A stretch of 64,000 nt of DNA from assembly GCA_049969855.1 (NCBI GenBank), contig JBMFOB010000004.1, positions 11,743 to 75,742 on the forward strand, given 5' to 3'. The notes under the pieces are model-generated. The model was given only the letters and a program-made list of their open reading frames with translations, did not search any database and was not told the DNA's origin. The translations under genes and the position numbers were made by a program. Below, piece by piece: positions 31,482 through 41,576 of the stretch; the stretch's first letter is position 1; the number at the start of each line of letters is the position of its first letter. The DNA is from Candidatus Bathyarchaeia archaeon (GTDB taxonomy: Archaea > Thermoproteota > Bathyarchaeia > Bathyarchaeales > Bathycorpusculaceae).

Positions 31482-32606
31482 ATGGCTTCTAAAACGTTTT
31501 TCTGGCAGGGAAACGAGGCTTGTGTTGAAGCGGCAATAATTGCTGGCTGCCGGTTTTTCGCTGGTTATCCCATATCTCCTGCAAACGAGATTTCTGAGTA
31601 TATGGCGGCGCGACTGCCGAAAGTTGGCGGTGTCTTCATGCAGATGGAGGATGAGCTAGCTTCTATTGGTGCTGTTATGGGGGCGAGTTGGTGTGGAGAA
31701 AAGGCTATGACAGCGACTTCTGGGCCAGGTTTCAGTTTAATGCAAGAGACTCTTGGCTGGGGTTTTATGACTGAGACGCCATGCGTTGTTGTGGATGTTC
31801 AGAGAGTTGGACCTGGCACTGGACAAGCCACTAAGGCTGCGCAAGGTGATGTGATGCAGGCTCGTTGGGGAACCCATGGTGACTATTCTGTTATAGCGCT
31901 TTCTCCCAATTCTGTTCAGGAAATGTTTGAACTTACAATTAGGGCTTTTAACTTGGCTGAAAAATATCGCACGCCAGTCATTGTCTTGACTGACGAGATC
32001 ATCGCCCATGTTAGGGAGCAAGTTGTAATCCCGCCATTAGAAAATGTCACGATAATAAACAGAAAAAAGCCCAAGGCTGAAGACAAAATCTTCTTCGGTT
32101 TAGAGAATGTAGCGCCAATGCCATCCGTCGGCGAAGGCTTCAATGTTGCCGTCACCGCTTCAACTCATGATGAATATGGAGTTCGATTTACGGCAGACCC
32201 AAAAGTGCATAGGCGTATGGTGGAAGTCATCAACAACAAGATTAAGAAAAACGTGGATGACATAGTGGAAGTTGAAACCTACAACATTGACGACTGCAGA
32301 GTGGGCATAGTTTCTTTCGGGTGCACATCCCGAGCAGTTTACGAGGCTGTTGAAACTGCAGAAGCAGATGGAATAAAAGCGGGTTATGTTCGTTTAAAAA
32401 CCGTCTGGCCATTACCAGAAAAACAAATCATGCGATTGGCAGAGTCTGCTGAAAGAATAATTGTTCCGGAGATGAATCTTGGACAGTTATATTATGAAGT
32501 TAAAAGGATAGCGTGTTCAAGGGATGTTGTTTCTTTGAGTAAGATTGGCGGAGGAGAAATGATTACGCCTGAGGAGATTTTAGCTGAAATTTTAAGAGGA
32601 CGGTGA
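31482..32606 (+). CDS. korA: 2-oxoacid:ferredoxin oxidoreductase alpha subunit
   Basis: GNEA, AGYPISP, QMEDE, TATSGPGFSL, VPEMN.GQ; substrate specificity not determinable. Confidence 0.88.
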   Translation: MASKTFFWQGNEACVEAAIIAGCRFFAGYPISPANEISEYMAARLPKVGGVFMQMEDELASIGAVMGASWCGEKAMTATSGPGFSLMQETLGWGFMTETPCVVVDVQRVGPGTGQATKAAQGDVMQARWGTHGDYSVIALSPNSVQEMFELTIRAFNLAEKYRTPVIVLTDEIIAHVREQVVIPPLENVTIINRKKPKAEDKIFFGLENVAPMPSVGEGFNVAVTASTHDEYGVRFTADPKVHRRMVEVINNKIKKNVDDIVEVETYNIDDCRVGIVSFGCTSRAVYEAVETAEADGIKAGYVRLKTVWPLPEKQIMRLAESAERIIVPEMNLGQLYYEVKRIACSRDVVSLSKIGGGEMITPEEILAEILRGR

Positions 32607-33445
32607 ATGGTATGGGTGAAGCGTTTTCAAGTCGCAGTTATATGAGAGATTTGAGGTTGCCTTTCTGTCCCGGATGCGGTTTGTTTGCTTTAAGTGACAC
32701 TTTTCTGAGGGCTGTCTATGAATTGGGCTATAAGGACTTAAGCAATTTCATTTTCACAAGCGGGATAGGCTGCACATCTTGGATTCCTTCGCCCTATTTC
32801 AAGGCTGATTCTGTTCACACGCTTCATGGAAGAAGCATACCGCCAGCAACAAGCATAAAACTCCTAAAACCCGATTTTCACGTTGTCGTCTTTGGAGGAG
32901 ACGGCGATATAGTTGGCATAGGTTTAAGCCACTTCATTCATGCTGCAAGGAGAAACACGGATATTCTTGTGATAATGGGAAACAACATGGTTTATGGCAT
33001 GACTGGCGGACAAGTTGCACCCACAACACCATACAAAGCCCACACAACCACAACGCCCTATGGAAGCTTTGAGCATCCTTTAGACGCTGCAAAACTTGCA
33101 GTGGCAGCAGGCGCAGCCTACGTAGCCAGATGGACAACAGCCCATCTCAGCGAATTGAAGGAGTCAATTAAGAAGGCGATACAACTGCAAGGTTTCAGAT
33201 TTATTGAAGTTGTAACTCAATGTCCCACAGCCTACGGCAGAAGAATGGGCTTTAAAAATGTTGGAGAAATGCTAAGATGGTTTAAGGAAAATTCCATTCC
33301 AGTCAAGCAGGCGGAAGGAATGAGCGAAGAAGAATTGGAGGGTAAAATTGTTGTTGGAGAGTTTGTGGAAAGAAAACGTCCAACACTTGTAGAAAATGTT
33401 CATGCTCTGTTGAAGGAGGCGCAGAAAGGTGGCAAAAAGGATTGA
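32603..33445 (+). CDS. korB: 2-oxoacid:ferredoxin oxidoreductase beta subunit (TPP-binding)
   Basis: FCPGCG, GIGC, HTLHGR, GDGD, NN.VYGMTGGQ. Confidence 0.88.
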   Translation: MNGMGEAFSSRSYMRDLRLPFCPGCGLFALSDTFLRAVYELGYKDLSNFIFTSGIGCTSWIPSPYFKADSVHTLHGRSIPPATSIKLLKPDFHVVVFGGDGDIVGIGLSHFIHAARRNTDILVIMGNNMVYGMTGGQVAPTTPYKAHTTTTPYGSFEHPLDAAKLAVAAGAAYVARWTTAHLSELKESIKKAIQLQGFRFIEVVTQCPTAYGRRMGFKNVGEMLRWFKENSIPVKQAEGMSEEELEGKIVVGEFVERKRPTLVENVHALLKEAQKGGKKD

Positions 33446-33959
33446 GATAATAATAGGTGGAAGTGGCGGTCAAGGCGTTGTCTTAGCTGGGCAAATATTG
33501 GGAAAGACTGTTGCATATGAAGGAAGAAAAGTTCTACAAACGCAGAGCTATGGAGCTGAAGCAAGAGGAAGCCTAGCAAGAAGCGAAGTAATAATTTCAG
33601 AAAACCCAATAGGTTTCCCAGCGGTTAGAAAATGTGACATACTAGTCGCTATGAACCAAGAATCCTTAAATGCGAATCTGCAACACCTTAAGGATGATGG
33701 GCTATTGATAGTTGACAGCACCAATGTGCAAGAAATTCTTGAAACGAAGGCGAAAGTCTACAAAGTTCCCATAACTGAAACCTGTAAGAAAATGTTTGGA
33801 GAAGCAACATACGCAAACATGATGATGCTTGGAGTTTTAACCAAACTAACCAAATTGGTTAGTGGCGAAACTATGAAGAAAGTCATAGAGGAAGTTGTTC
33901 CTGCAAAAACATTAGACGCCAACTTGAAAGCCTTCGAGAAGGGTCAAGAGTTAATATAA
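33429..33959 (+). CDS. korC: 2-oxoacid:ferredoxin oxidoreductase gamma subunit
   Basis: GSGGQG, QSYGAEARG, ANMMMLG. Confidence 0.85.
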   Translation: MAKRIEIIIGGSGGQGVVLAGQILGKTVAYEGRKVLQTQSYGAEARGSLARSEVIISENPIGFPAVRKCDILVAMNQESLNANLQHLKDDGLLIVDSTNVQEILETKAKVYKVPITETCKKMFGEATYANMMMLGVLTKLTKLVSGETMKKVIEEVVPAKTLDANLKAFEKGQELI

Positions 33960-33984
33960 CCTACAAAGTTTAATACAATCTTCG

Positions 33985-35103
33985 GTGGTCTTTGTGGAAT
34001 ACGAAATTAAATGCAGCATTTGCGGGCAACCTTCAACCAATCTTTTAGATTTTAAATGTCCCAAATGCGGTCAGCCTTTAGAAATTCAGAATTTTGTCAA
34101 ATTTGAACATGAAAAAATTGTAACTAAAGACTATACTATTTGGCGGTATGCAAAATTTTTCCCGTATGTGAAAAAAGAGGAAATTATCACGTTAGGAGAG
34201 GGTTGGACCCCCCTTGTCAATTTCTCAAGCAATGTTTATTTCAAACTTGAAAGTCTTAATCCAACCGGTTCTTTCAAGGACAGAGGCTCGGCGGTGCTTT
34301 TTTCCGCCTTACATAGGCTTGTGAAAAGGGCTGGTGGATATGTATCTGAGGATTCTTCTGGTAATGCTGGGGCGTCTATGGCTGCTTACGCTGCTCGTGC
34401 AGGTTTGAAGGCGAAAATTTATGTTCCGGAAAATGTTTCTGGACCGAAGTTTAATCAAATTCAATTTTATGGTGCAGATGTCGTTAAGGTTTCTGGAAGC
34501 CGTAGCAAGGTTGCTGAGGAAGCGCAAAAAACCGAAGCGGGAAAATTCTATGTTGGACACATTTTGCATCCGTTGTTTAGGGATGGAATAAGAAGTCTTG
34601 CTTATGAGATAGCTGAACAGTTTGGTTGGCGTGTTCCAGAACGCATTTACTTGCCAGTTTCAGCTGGCACTTTGCTTTTAGGCGTGATTGATGGATTTAA
34701 GCATCTTATCGACTCAAACATTATAGAAAATATGCCAAAAATCGTGGCTTGCCAAACACAACAAGTTTCACCCCTTTATCATCAGTTTAAAAACTTAAGA
34801 TATGCCCCTCCTGAAAAGGTAACATCCATTGCTGATGCTTTGGTGAGTGTAAATCCTCCACTTTTAGCAGTTATGGTCAAAAAGTTAAGAGAAGCGAAAG
34901 GCGATGCTGTTATGGTTGGCGAAAACGAAATATTGGACGCTTTTATGGAGCTTGCTGGAAAAGGATTTTTTGTTGAACCAAGCTCGGCTGTTGCATATGC
35001 AGCCTACAAAAAACAGCTCTTAAATAAGGAAGCGTCAAAAACTGATGAAACTCTCATAATTCTTACTGGGATGGGTTTGAAAACTATGCTTAAACCACGC
35101 TAA
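33985..35103 (+). CDS. Threonine synthase-like PLP enzyme
   Basis: N-terminal Zn ribbon, LGEGWTP, NPTGSFKDRG, SSGNAG, EPSSA, LTG.GLK. Confidence 0.85.
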   Translation: MVFVEYEIKCSICGQPSTNLLDFKCPKCGQPLEIQNFVKFEHEKIVTKDYTIWRYAKFFPYVKKEEIITLGEGWTPLVNFSSNVYFKLESLNPTGSFKDRGSAVLFSALHRLVKRAGGYVSEDSSGNAGASMAAYAARAGLKAKIYVPENVSGPKFNQIQFYGADVVKVSGSRSKVAEEAQKTEAGKFYVGHILHPLFRDGIRSLAYEIAEQFGWRVPERIYLPVSAGTLLLGVIDGFKHLIDSNIIENMPKIVACQTQQVSPLYHQFKNLRYAPPEKVTSIADALVSVNPPLLAVMVKKLREAKGDAVMVGENEILDAFMELAGKGFFVEPSSAVAYAAYKKQLLNKEASKTDETLIILTGMGLKTMLKPR

Positions 35104-35157
35104 CGACATTCGCGTAATAGTTTCCATTAAAAAATTTGCTTTTCCGCTTTTGCTTTA

Positions 35158-35170
35158 GAAAAATTTATAT
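35158..35170 (+). promoter_or_regulatory. BRE/TATA promoter of thermosome-rpo6 operon
   Basis: GAAAAA followed by TTTATAT, upstream of the GGAGG RBS at 35201. Confidence 0.45.
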
Positions 35171-35214
35171 TGTAATGCTGTTTCTCATTGAGACGCATTA
35201 GGAGGTTGTTTGGT

Positions 35215-36870
35215 TTGTCATCAACTGCACAAGCTGGAGGAGTTCCAGTCTTAATATTAAAAGAAGGTTCAAGCCGAAGCAGAGGAAGAGAAGCGCAGCA
35301 CGCAAACATAATGGCTGCAAGAATTGTGGCTGAAACCGTTAAAAGCGCTTTAGGCCCGAAAGGTATGGATAAAATGCTTGTGGACAGCTTCGGCGATACA
35401 ACGATAACAAGTGATGGACGCACAATTTTAGATGAGATGGATATTCAGCATCCAGCAGCTAAAATGATGGTTGAAGTTGCGAAAACGCAAGACAACGAAG
35501 CTGGCGACGGAACAACAACAGCCGTAGTCCTAGCGGGCGAATTACTCAACAAGGCAGAAGAACTTATTGGAAAAAATGTTCACCCAACAATAATCATTGA
35601 CGGATACAAGAAAGCCAGCGAAAAAGCATTGGAAGTTTTAGAGAAAATAGCAATGCCAACAGGGTCAAACGCTGAAGAGTACTTGAAAAAAGTGGCAATG
35701 ACTTCCATGGCAAGCAAGTTAGTGGCTGAACATAAACAATACTTGGCTGAACTCGCCGTTAAGGCTGTTCTTGAAGTTGCAGAGAAAGAAAATGGAGAAT
35801 ACAAGGTGGACATTGATGACATTAAGGTTGAAAAGAAACCCGGCGAATCTTTAAGAGATACTAAGCTCATTCAAGGCATAGTTTTGGATAAGGAAGTGGT
35901 TCATTCTGGAATGCCTAAGCGGGTGGAAAAAGCCAAAATAGCATTATTGGACACGGCGTTGGAGATTGAGAAGACAGAGTTTGATGCTAAAATAAACATT
36001 GAAAGCCCAGAGCAAATGGATGCTTTCCTCAAGCAGGAGGAGGAAATGCTGCGGGGGATGGTTGAAAAGATAGAGGCAATAGGCGCCAATGTTGTTTTAT
36101 GCCAGAAGGGCATAGACGACATGGCTCAACACTTCTTAGCTAGGAAAGGAATTCTTGCAGTTCGCAGAATCAAAAAGTCGGATATGGAGAAGCTTTCAAA
36201 AGCCACTGGTGGAAAAATAATAACCAACATAGATGACATGAGCTCATCTGACTTGGGATACGCAAGCCTTGTTGAAGAACGCAAGATAGGCGACGACAAA
36301 ATGACCTTCGTTGAAGGATGTAAACATCCAAGGGCGGTTACAATTTTGATAAGGGGTGGAACGGAACGCATAGTGGACGAAGCAGAACGCTCATTACATG
36401 ACGCATTATGCGTAGTTCGAGATGTGGTTGAAGAACCAAAAATCTTAGCTGGGGGCGGAGCTCCAGAGCTTGAAATTTCTCGCATGCTCAAAAAATATGC
36501 TGAAACCCTTCCTGGAAGGGAGCAGCTTGCAGTTAAAAGCTTTGCAGAAGCCCTTGAAGTGGTTCCAGTAACGCTAACAGAAAATGCTGGTTTAGACCCA
36601 ATAGACATACTGTCAGAATTGCGGGCACGCCACGAAAAAGGTGAAACATGGGCTGGAATAGAAGTTAACTCTGGAAAAGTCCAAGACATGAGTGAAGCCG
36701 GAGTCTTCGAGCCTTTGGCTGTCAAGAAGCAAATAGTCAAATCCGCCGGAGAAGCTGCCTCAATGATACTTAAAATTGATGACGTGATTGCTGCTGGAAA
36801 AATGAAAGCTCCTCCAACACCGCCGGGTGGCCCACCGGGAGCTGGGTATCCAGGCGCTGGGGAGTATTAG
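35215..36870 (+). CDS. ths: Thermosome (group II chaperonin) subunit
   Basis: [26 protein letters not shown]; TTG start after GGAGG. Confidence 0.96.
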   Translation: MSSTAQAGGVPVLILKEGSSRSRGREAQHANIMAARIVAETVKSALGPKGMDKMLVDSFGDTTITSDGRTILDEMDIQHPAAKMMVEVAKTQDNEAGDGTTTAVVLAGELLNKAEELIGKNVHPTIIIDGYKKASEKALEVLEKIAMPTGSNAEEYLKKVAMTSMASKLVAEHKQYLAELAVKAVLEVAEKENGEYKVDIDDIKVEKKPGESLRDTKLIQGIVLDKEVVHSGMPKRVEKAKIALLDTALEIEKTEFDAKINIESPEQMDAFLKQEEEMLRGMVEKIEAIGANVVLCQKGIDDMAQHFLARKGILAVRRIKKSDMEKLSKATGGKIITNIDDMSSSDLGYASLVEERKIGDDKMTFVEGCKHPRAVTILIRGGTERIVDEAERSLHDALCVVRDVVEEPKILAGGGAPELEISRMLKKYAETLPGREQLAVKSFAEALEVVPVTLTENAGLDPIDILSELRARHEKGETWAGIEVNSGKVQDMSEAGVFEPLAVKKQIVKSAGEAASMILKIDDVIAAGKMKAPPTPPGGPPGAGYPGAGEY

Positions 36871-36873
36871 AAT

Positions 36874-37134
36874 ACGTCTAAAAAAGAGAAGAAAATTTTG
36901 ATAGGTCCTCCTAAGCTTACTCGTTTCGAAAAGGCTAGGATAGTGGGGGCTAGGGCGCTGCAAATATCCATGGGCGCTCCAATCCTCGTCGAGGTTTCAG
37001 AGGGATTTTCAAGTCCAATAGACATAGCCTTAAAGGAGCTTGATGCTGGAATTTTGCCAATGACTATTAGGCGAACATTGCCAGACGGCACATACCAAGA
37101 CATCCCACTCAAATGGTTGCTAGAGGAAACATAG
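36874..37134 (+). CDS. rpoK: DNA-directed RNA polymerase subunit Rpo6 (K)
   Basis: [22 protein letters not shown]; start is either ACG 36874 (proposed) or TTG 36898. Confidence 0.93.
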   Translation, partial: TSKKEKKILIGPPKLTRFEKARIVGARALQISMGAPILVEVSEGFSSPIDIALKELDAGILPMTIRRTLPDGTYQDIPLKWLLEET

Positions 37135-37135
37135 C

Positions 37136-37924
37136 TTAGAATGGTGGGGGCGGCGGTGGCGGAATCCTTCTGCTTTCTTCTTTTGCGTACATGGAATAGT
37201 AGTAAAATGTAGATGCAATTGGAGATATTGGTGCAATTACTGAGCTTATGATTGTGCTGACTAATGCACTGTACATTCCAAACGGAGCCAAAATCAGATT
37301 TACTACAAAAGCTAAAGCTCCAATTATTAACCCAACTATTAATGAAAGGGCAAATGTCTTAAGCCATCTTTTGCTTACAAGCTCTCTGCTTCTGGTTAGG
37401 CTTTCAAGGGCTCCCTTCCCTTCTATTACAATAACTGGAATTACAAGATAGAACATTATGGATATTATTATGCCTGGAATTATTAAGAGCAGCAAACCTA
37501 ACATTGTTAGGATGCCAACTATCAGCGATGCAACTAAAAGGGAAGGGAGCTTGGAAACAGCGAATTTGAAGGAGTCGCTCAAGCTTGCTTTTCCCTTCTC
37601 AATTATGTCAGAAGCGGATTTAATCAAAATTCCAGAGACAACAGTGCCTATAATCCATGAAATTATTGCGATAATAAATGCTAAAGCCATAAGCGTTAAG
37701 AGTATGTTCAAAAGCTTGGGCCAAACAACTTCTGGAGGACCCGTGAAATCTATTTTTGTAATTTCTTGCATGTAAGTGAGTATTGGGAGGCTTAATAAGG
37801 CTGAGATTATGCTAAATATCAAGTATGGTATGAAGAAGGTGCCGAAGTTCTTAAGGTATAAGCTAAATGTTAAGGAAATATTTTCTTCAACAGATAATTC
37901 ATGTGTGGGCTTTGATTCAGACAT
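37136..37924 (-). CDS. Multi-pass membrane protein with C-terminal polyproline tail
   Basis: About 6 TM segments, LLLIIPGI, SL.RS.ELV; ends PPPPPPPF. Confidence 0.8.
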   Translation of the reverse strand: MSESKPTHELSVEENISLTFSLYLKNFGTFFIPYLIFSIISALLSLPILTYMQEITKIDFTGPPEVVWPKLLNILLTLMALAFIIAIISWIIGTVVSGILIKSASDIIEKGKASLSDSFKFAVSKLPSLLVASLIVGILTMLGLLLLIIPGIIISIMFYLVIPVIVIEGKGALESLTRSRELVSKRWLKTFALSLIVGLIIGALAFVVNLILAPFGMYSALVSTIISSVIAPISPIASTFYYYSMYAKEESRRIPPPPPPPF

Positions 37925-37962
37925 TTAATTCATATTTATAGTGTTCAACTGTTTTAATAAAT

Positions 37963-38466
37963 TTACGTTTTTAATTTACTATCAGCTCTTTTAAGGCTCT
38001 CCAAGTTTTCCTTTGCTTGTTCAAGTGTTTTCCTTATTCTTGTCCAGTGGGCTCCTTGCCAGTAGATTTTTTCGCATTTTGGACATTCCCAAAACTCATT
38101 GTAATATGTGAATGTGCTTTTTTCTACTTTGTTGGCTGCTTTTTCTTTTGGTATTGGTTTTACTCTTGTGTTGCATTTTGGGCATCTGGATGTTGCCATG
38201 TCTATGTCTAATTCAATTTTGAATCTTTTTGCAATTTGTGCGAGTCTTTCTGCTTCTGTTTTTCCTTCGATGTAGAAGGCGTTAACTCCCTTTGCTGTGG
38301 CTTGTTGGTAAAGCTCGAAATCTCTTGTGAGAAGTATTCTTCTTTCCTTTTTTGCTATTGTGATTAGTTGGTTATCGTCGAGTTTGCTTGAGTATTTCAC
38401 GTTGTGTCCCAGCATGCGAAGCCAGCGGGTAAGTTTTCCAAGCATGCCGTCGGCGATGAACTTCAA
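37963..38466 (-). CDS. Mut7-C RNase domain protein
   Basis: FIADGMLGKL.RWLR.LG, LLTRD, RCPKCN, CPKC.K.YW.G.HW. Confidence 0.92.
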   Translation of the reverse strand: MKFIADGMLGKLTRWLRMLGHNVKYSSKLDDNQLITIAKKERRILLTRDFELYQQATAKGVNAFYIEGKTEAERLAQIAKRFKIELDIDMATSRCPKCNTRVKPIPKEKAANKVEKSTFTYYNEFWECPKCEKIYWQGAHWTRIRKTLEQAKENLESLKRADSKLKT

Positions 38467-38468
38467 TT

Positions 38469-39809
38469 TTATTCTCTCCGAATTATTTCTCCGCTTCCAG
38501 CCCTTGCGACTATTTCATCTTCATCCATAATTAATTGTCCTTTGACGAAAGTTTTAACAGGTTTTCCTTTAACTCTCCACCCATCGAATGGAGAATATTT
38601 TGCTTTTGAGTGAAATTTCGATGCTTCTATCTTGCCTTTCCTTTTTAAATCTATAACCGTCAAATCTGCCATATTCCCTTCTTCCAAATATCCTCTACCC
38701 TTGAGTCTGAAAATCCTAACTGGGTTTTCTGCCATTAACTTGACAACATCTCCTATCGATAATTTTTTGCGGTTGACTTCTGTGAGTAGTAGCGGAAGTG
38801 TTGTTTCTAATCCTGGTATGCCCACCTTAACATTCCAAATATTTTCAACTTTTTTCTCAGCCACAGTGTGTGGCGCATGGTCTGAAGCTAAAATGTCAAT
38901 CCACCCATTTTTGACGCCTTCCAAAAGGACTGCGGTATGCTTTTTCTCTCGAAGTGGTGGCAAAGTTAGCGTTAAAGCGCCAATTTTCCTCAAGTCTTTA
39001 GCTGATAAAAACATGTGATGTGGTGTGGCTTCGCAGCTTATTGGCAAGTCTGATTGTTTACCCTCTATTATTATTTCTAATCCCCTTTTTGTGCTTATGT
39101 GGCAAAAGTGCAAAGGCGAATGAGTTTGTTTTGCAATGTTTAGTAAACGGTTTATTGCCTTCCACTCTGCAATTTCTGAATGCGCCTTTAAAAATGCTTC
39201 AATGTCATTGCGGTTAAGTTGTTTAAATTTTTCTTCGATCTTTTTTATTGTTTCTTTGTCTTCTGCGTGGACAGCCACTAAAGTTTTTGATTTTTTGACA
39301 TTTTTGAATGCTTCTGATAAGGCGTTATCGTCATCGATGTTTAATCCGCCAACTTGCTCCATCATAAAAAGCTTGAAGGCAACAGCCCCAGCCCTAATAA
39401 TTTCTTGGATTTCGCTTGTTCTTTTTGGAAATTCAGAGTAAAAACCAACGTTAACCAAAATTTTCTTTTCAGCAACTTCCATGCGCTTTCTTAAAGTTTC
39501 AACACTCATAGTTACTGGGTTGTTGTTTGGCATGTCTAAAACCGTTGTTATTCCACCAGCTGCAGCCGCCGCAGTCCCACTGTAAAAGTCTTCTTTGTAG
39601 GCTTTTCCTTCATCCCTTAAATGCGTATGAACGTCTATTACACCAGGCAAAACTAAAAGATTCTTCAAATCCATTTTTTTATCTGCTTTTGGCATGAGAG
39701 TTTCTTTGCCTATCTTGTAGATTTTGCCGTTTTCTATGGCGAGGCTGCATTCCATTATCTTTTTGTTTATGTAGGCTTTCGTGTTGTTTAGAACTAAGTC
39801 GACTGTCAA
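38469..39809 (-). CDS. pyrC: Dihydroorotase (amidohydrolase family)
   Basis: PG.IDVHTHLR, AAAAGG.TT..DMPN, HAED, EATPHH, SDHAPH, GIPGLET, SPFDG; allantoinase not excluded. Confidence 0.8.
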   Translation of the reverse strand: MTVDLVLNNTKAYINKKIMECSLAIENGKIYKIGKETLMPKADKKMDLKNLLVLPGVIDVHTHLRDEGKAYKEDFYSGTAAAAAGGITTVLDMPNNNPVTMSVETLRKRMEVAEKKILVNVGFYSEFPKRTSEIQEIIRAGAVAFKLFMMEQVGGLNIDDDNALSEAFKNVKKSKTLVAVHAEDKETIKKIEEKFKQLNRNDIEAFLKAHSEIAEWKAINRLLNIAKQTHSPLHFCHISTKRGLEIIIEGKQSDLPISCEATPHHMFLSAKDLRKIGALTLTLPPLREKKHTAVLLEGVKNGWIDILASDHAPHTVAEKKVENIWNVKVGIPGLETTLPLLLTEVNRKKLSIGDVVKLMAENPVRIFRLKGRGYLEEGNMADLTVIDLKRKGKIEASKFHSKAKYSPFDGWRVKGKPVKTFVKGQLIMDEDEIVARAGSGEIIRRE

Positions 39810-39857
39810 GTTAGGCTCTCTCTTTTCTTTAAAGTATAAGAATTGGCTGTTAAAAGT

Positions 39858-40784
39858 TTACTCTATTATTTTGAAGAAGTCTCTTTCCGTTAGGATTCCT
39901 ACAAGTTTTTCGTTTTCAACAACTGGTAAAGCGCCAACATTTTTCTCCCGCATAATTTTCGCTGCCTTACCTATGTCCGCATTTGGTTCTATTGTTGCAA
40001 CTTCTTTTGTTGCTATTTCTATGGCAAGTGTGTTCAAGACTTGGATTATGTTTCCTGACTGCAGATATGTGAAGACTTTTCCTGAGCCGAAAAACCTTAT
40101 AATGTCCATTGCTGTTATTATGCCCATTATTTTGCTGTCGGATATTATTGGTAGTCTTCTGAACCCTTGGGTTGCCATTGTTTTTTCAGCTTCAAAAATT
40201 GTTGTTTTGGGCAAAGCGGTGACGACTTTTTCTGACATTAATTCGGAAACTTTTACGCCGCTCATTCTGTTGGCAAACATGTTTGCTATGTCTCTTTCTG
40301 TGATTATTGCTCTGACGCGGTTTTCTTCGTCAACTACTGGTAAACCGCCAAGGTTCTTCTCTTTCATAATTTTTACTGCTTCACTTATTTTTGAAGAGGT
40401 TTTAACGGAAGCAACGTTTTTTGTCATTATGAGTCTAACTGGCTCGTTTATGGCTTTGAAAAAGTTTCCGCTATGTTTCTGTTGGATTATCTCAAATTTT
40501 TTTCCGCCGCCAAGATAATCTATTATGTCTGTGGCTGTTATGATTCCTTCTAGGGCTTTTGTTCCAGGGTTGGCTATGGGTATTCTGCGGAATCCTTCTT
40601 TTGACATTATTCGGATGGCATCATAGATTGGTGTGGTAGGCGCCATGGTTACAACTGGGCTTTTTGCGATGTGCATTATTTCGCTTTCGCGTTTTTTTGA
40701 TGGATGGGCTCTTAAAGAGAGTTGACCCTTCTCCTTTAGTGTTCTTCTGAAGGTTTCTCTACTCAAAATATCATCCTCTTTCAT
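39858..40784 (-). CDS. CBS domain protein (4 CBS)
   Basis: Repeated FRR.P, GIIT..D, LPVV, TERD motifs. Confidence 0.9.
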   Translation of the reverse strand: MKEDDILSRETFRRTLKEKGQLSLRAHPSKKRESEIMHIAKSPVVTMAPTTPIYDAIRIMSKEGFRRIPIANPGTKALEGIITATDIIDYLGGGKKFEIIQQKHSGNFFKAINEPVRLIMTKNVASVKTSSKISEAVKIMKEKNLGGLPVVDEENRVRAIITERDIANMFANRMSGVKVSELMSEKVVTALPKTTIFEAEKTMATQGFRRLPIISDSKIMGIITAMDIIRFFGSGKVFTYLQSGNIIQVLNTLAIEIATKEVATIEPNADIGKAAKIMREKNVGALPVVENEKLVGILTERDFFKIIE

Positions 40785-41566
40785 TTAACAATTATTTTGG
40801 CAATATCCTCCCTGTCAACTATACCAATCAACTTGCTATTCTTATCTATCACGGGGACTCTTCCTATATCCTTTGAAACCATGATTTTGGCAACTCTGAT
40901 TGCCCTTATTGAGGGTTCCACGGCTATAACTTGGGTATTCATGATTGAAGAGATTTTGGATGAGCCCCGAAAGCGTCCCTTTTTAGATTCGAATGTTGGC
41001 AATAATGCTCCACTTTGTATGAGGTCTTTTTGTGTGACAATTCCCATCAGCCTATTATCTTTCACGACTGGCAAGCCCGCAAAAGATTTGGTTTGCATTA
41101 AGCGCCAAATGTTATCCACGTCATCTTCTGGAGAACAAGCCACAACGTTTTTTGACATTACTTCCTCGACGGTTCTTGCAAGTTTTTCTGGGCTTGTCTT
41201 AATTATGGCTTCGATGAAGTTTTCTAAGCCGAAAACTCCCTTGTAATTTTTGTCTTGAGTGGAGTTTATGGCTGGTATGTTCCATTCGTCGAGTCGAATC
41301 ATTTCTTTAACTGTGGATGTAGCATCATCTTCTATTGTTGCTGTATGTTTTGGATTTCTCATGATGCCTTTAACTCTTATTGGGGAGACGGAGGAGGAGA
41401 TTGTCATGATGTCGCCGCGGGAAACTATGCCAATAAGCCTTTTTGTTTTGTCTATTACTGGAAGAATTCTTAGGGAAAAATCTCGTATTATTGCTCGGGC
41501 TTTTGTGGCAAGTTCATCTTCATAAACGGACAGGTGCTTTTCATTCATGATTTCTTTAACACGCAA
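40781..41566 (-). CDS. CBS domain protein (4 CBS)
   Basis: LPVID, GIVS..D, LPVV, GIVDRED; TTG start inferred. Confidence 0.88.
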   Translation of the reverse strand: MRVKEIMNEKHLSVYEDELATKARAIIRDFSLRILPVIDKTKRLIGIVSRGDIMTISSSVSPIRVKGIMRNPKHTATIEDDATSTVKEMIRLDEWNIPAINSTQDKNYKGVFGLENFIEAIIKTSPEKLARTVEEVMSKNVVACSPEDDVDNIWRLMQTKSFAGLPVVKDNRLMGIVTQKDLIQSGALLPTFESKKGRFRGSSKISSIMNTQVIAVEPSIRAIRVAKIMVSKDIGRVPVIDKNSKLIGIVDREDIAKIIVK

Positions 41567-41576
41567 AAACTCGTCC

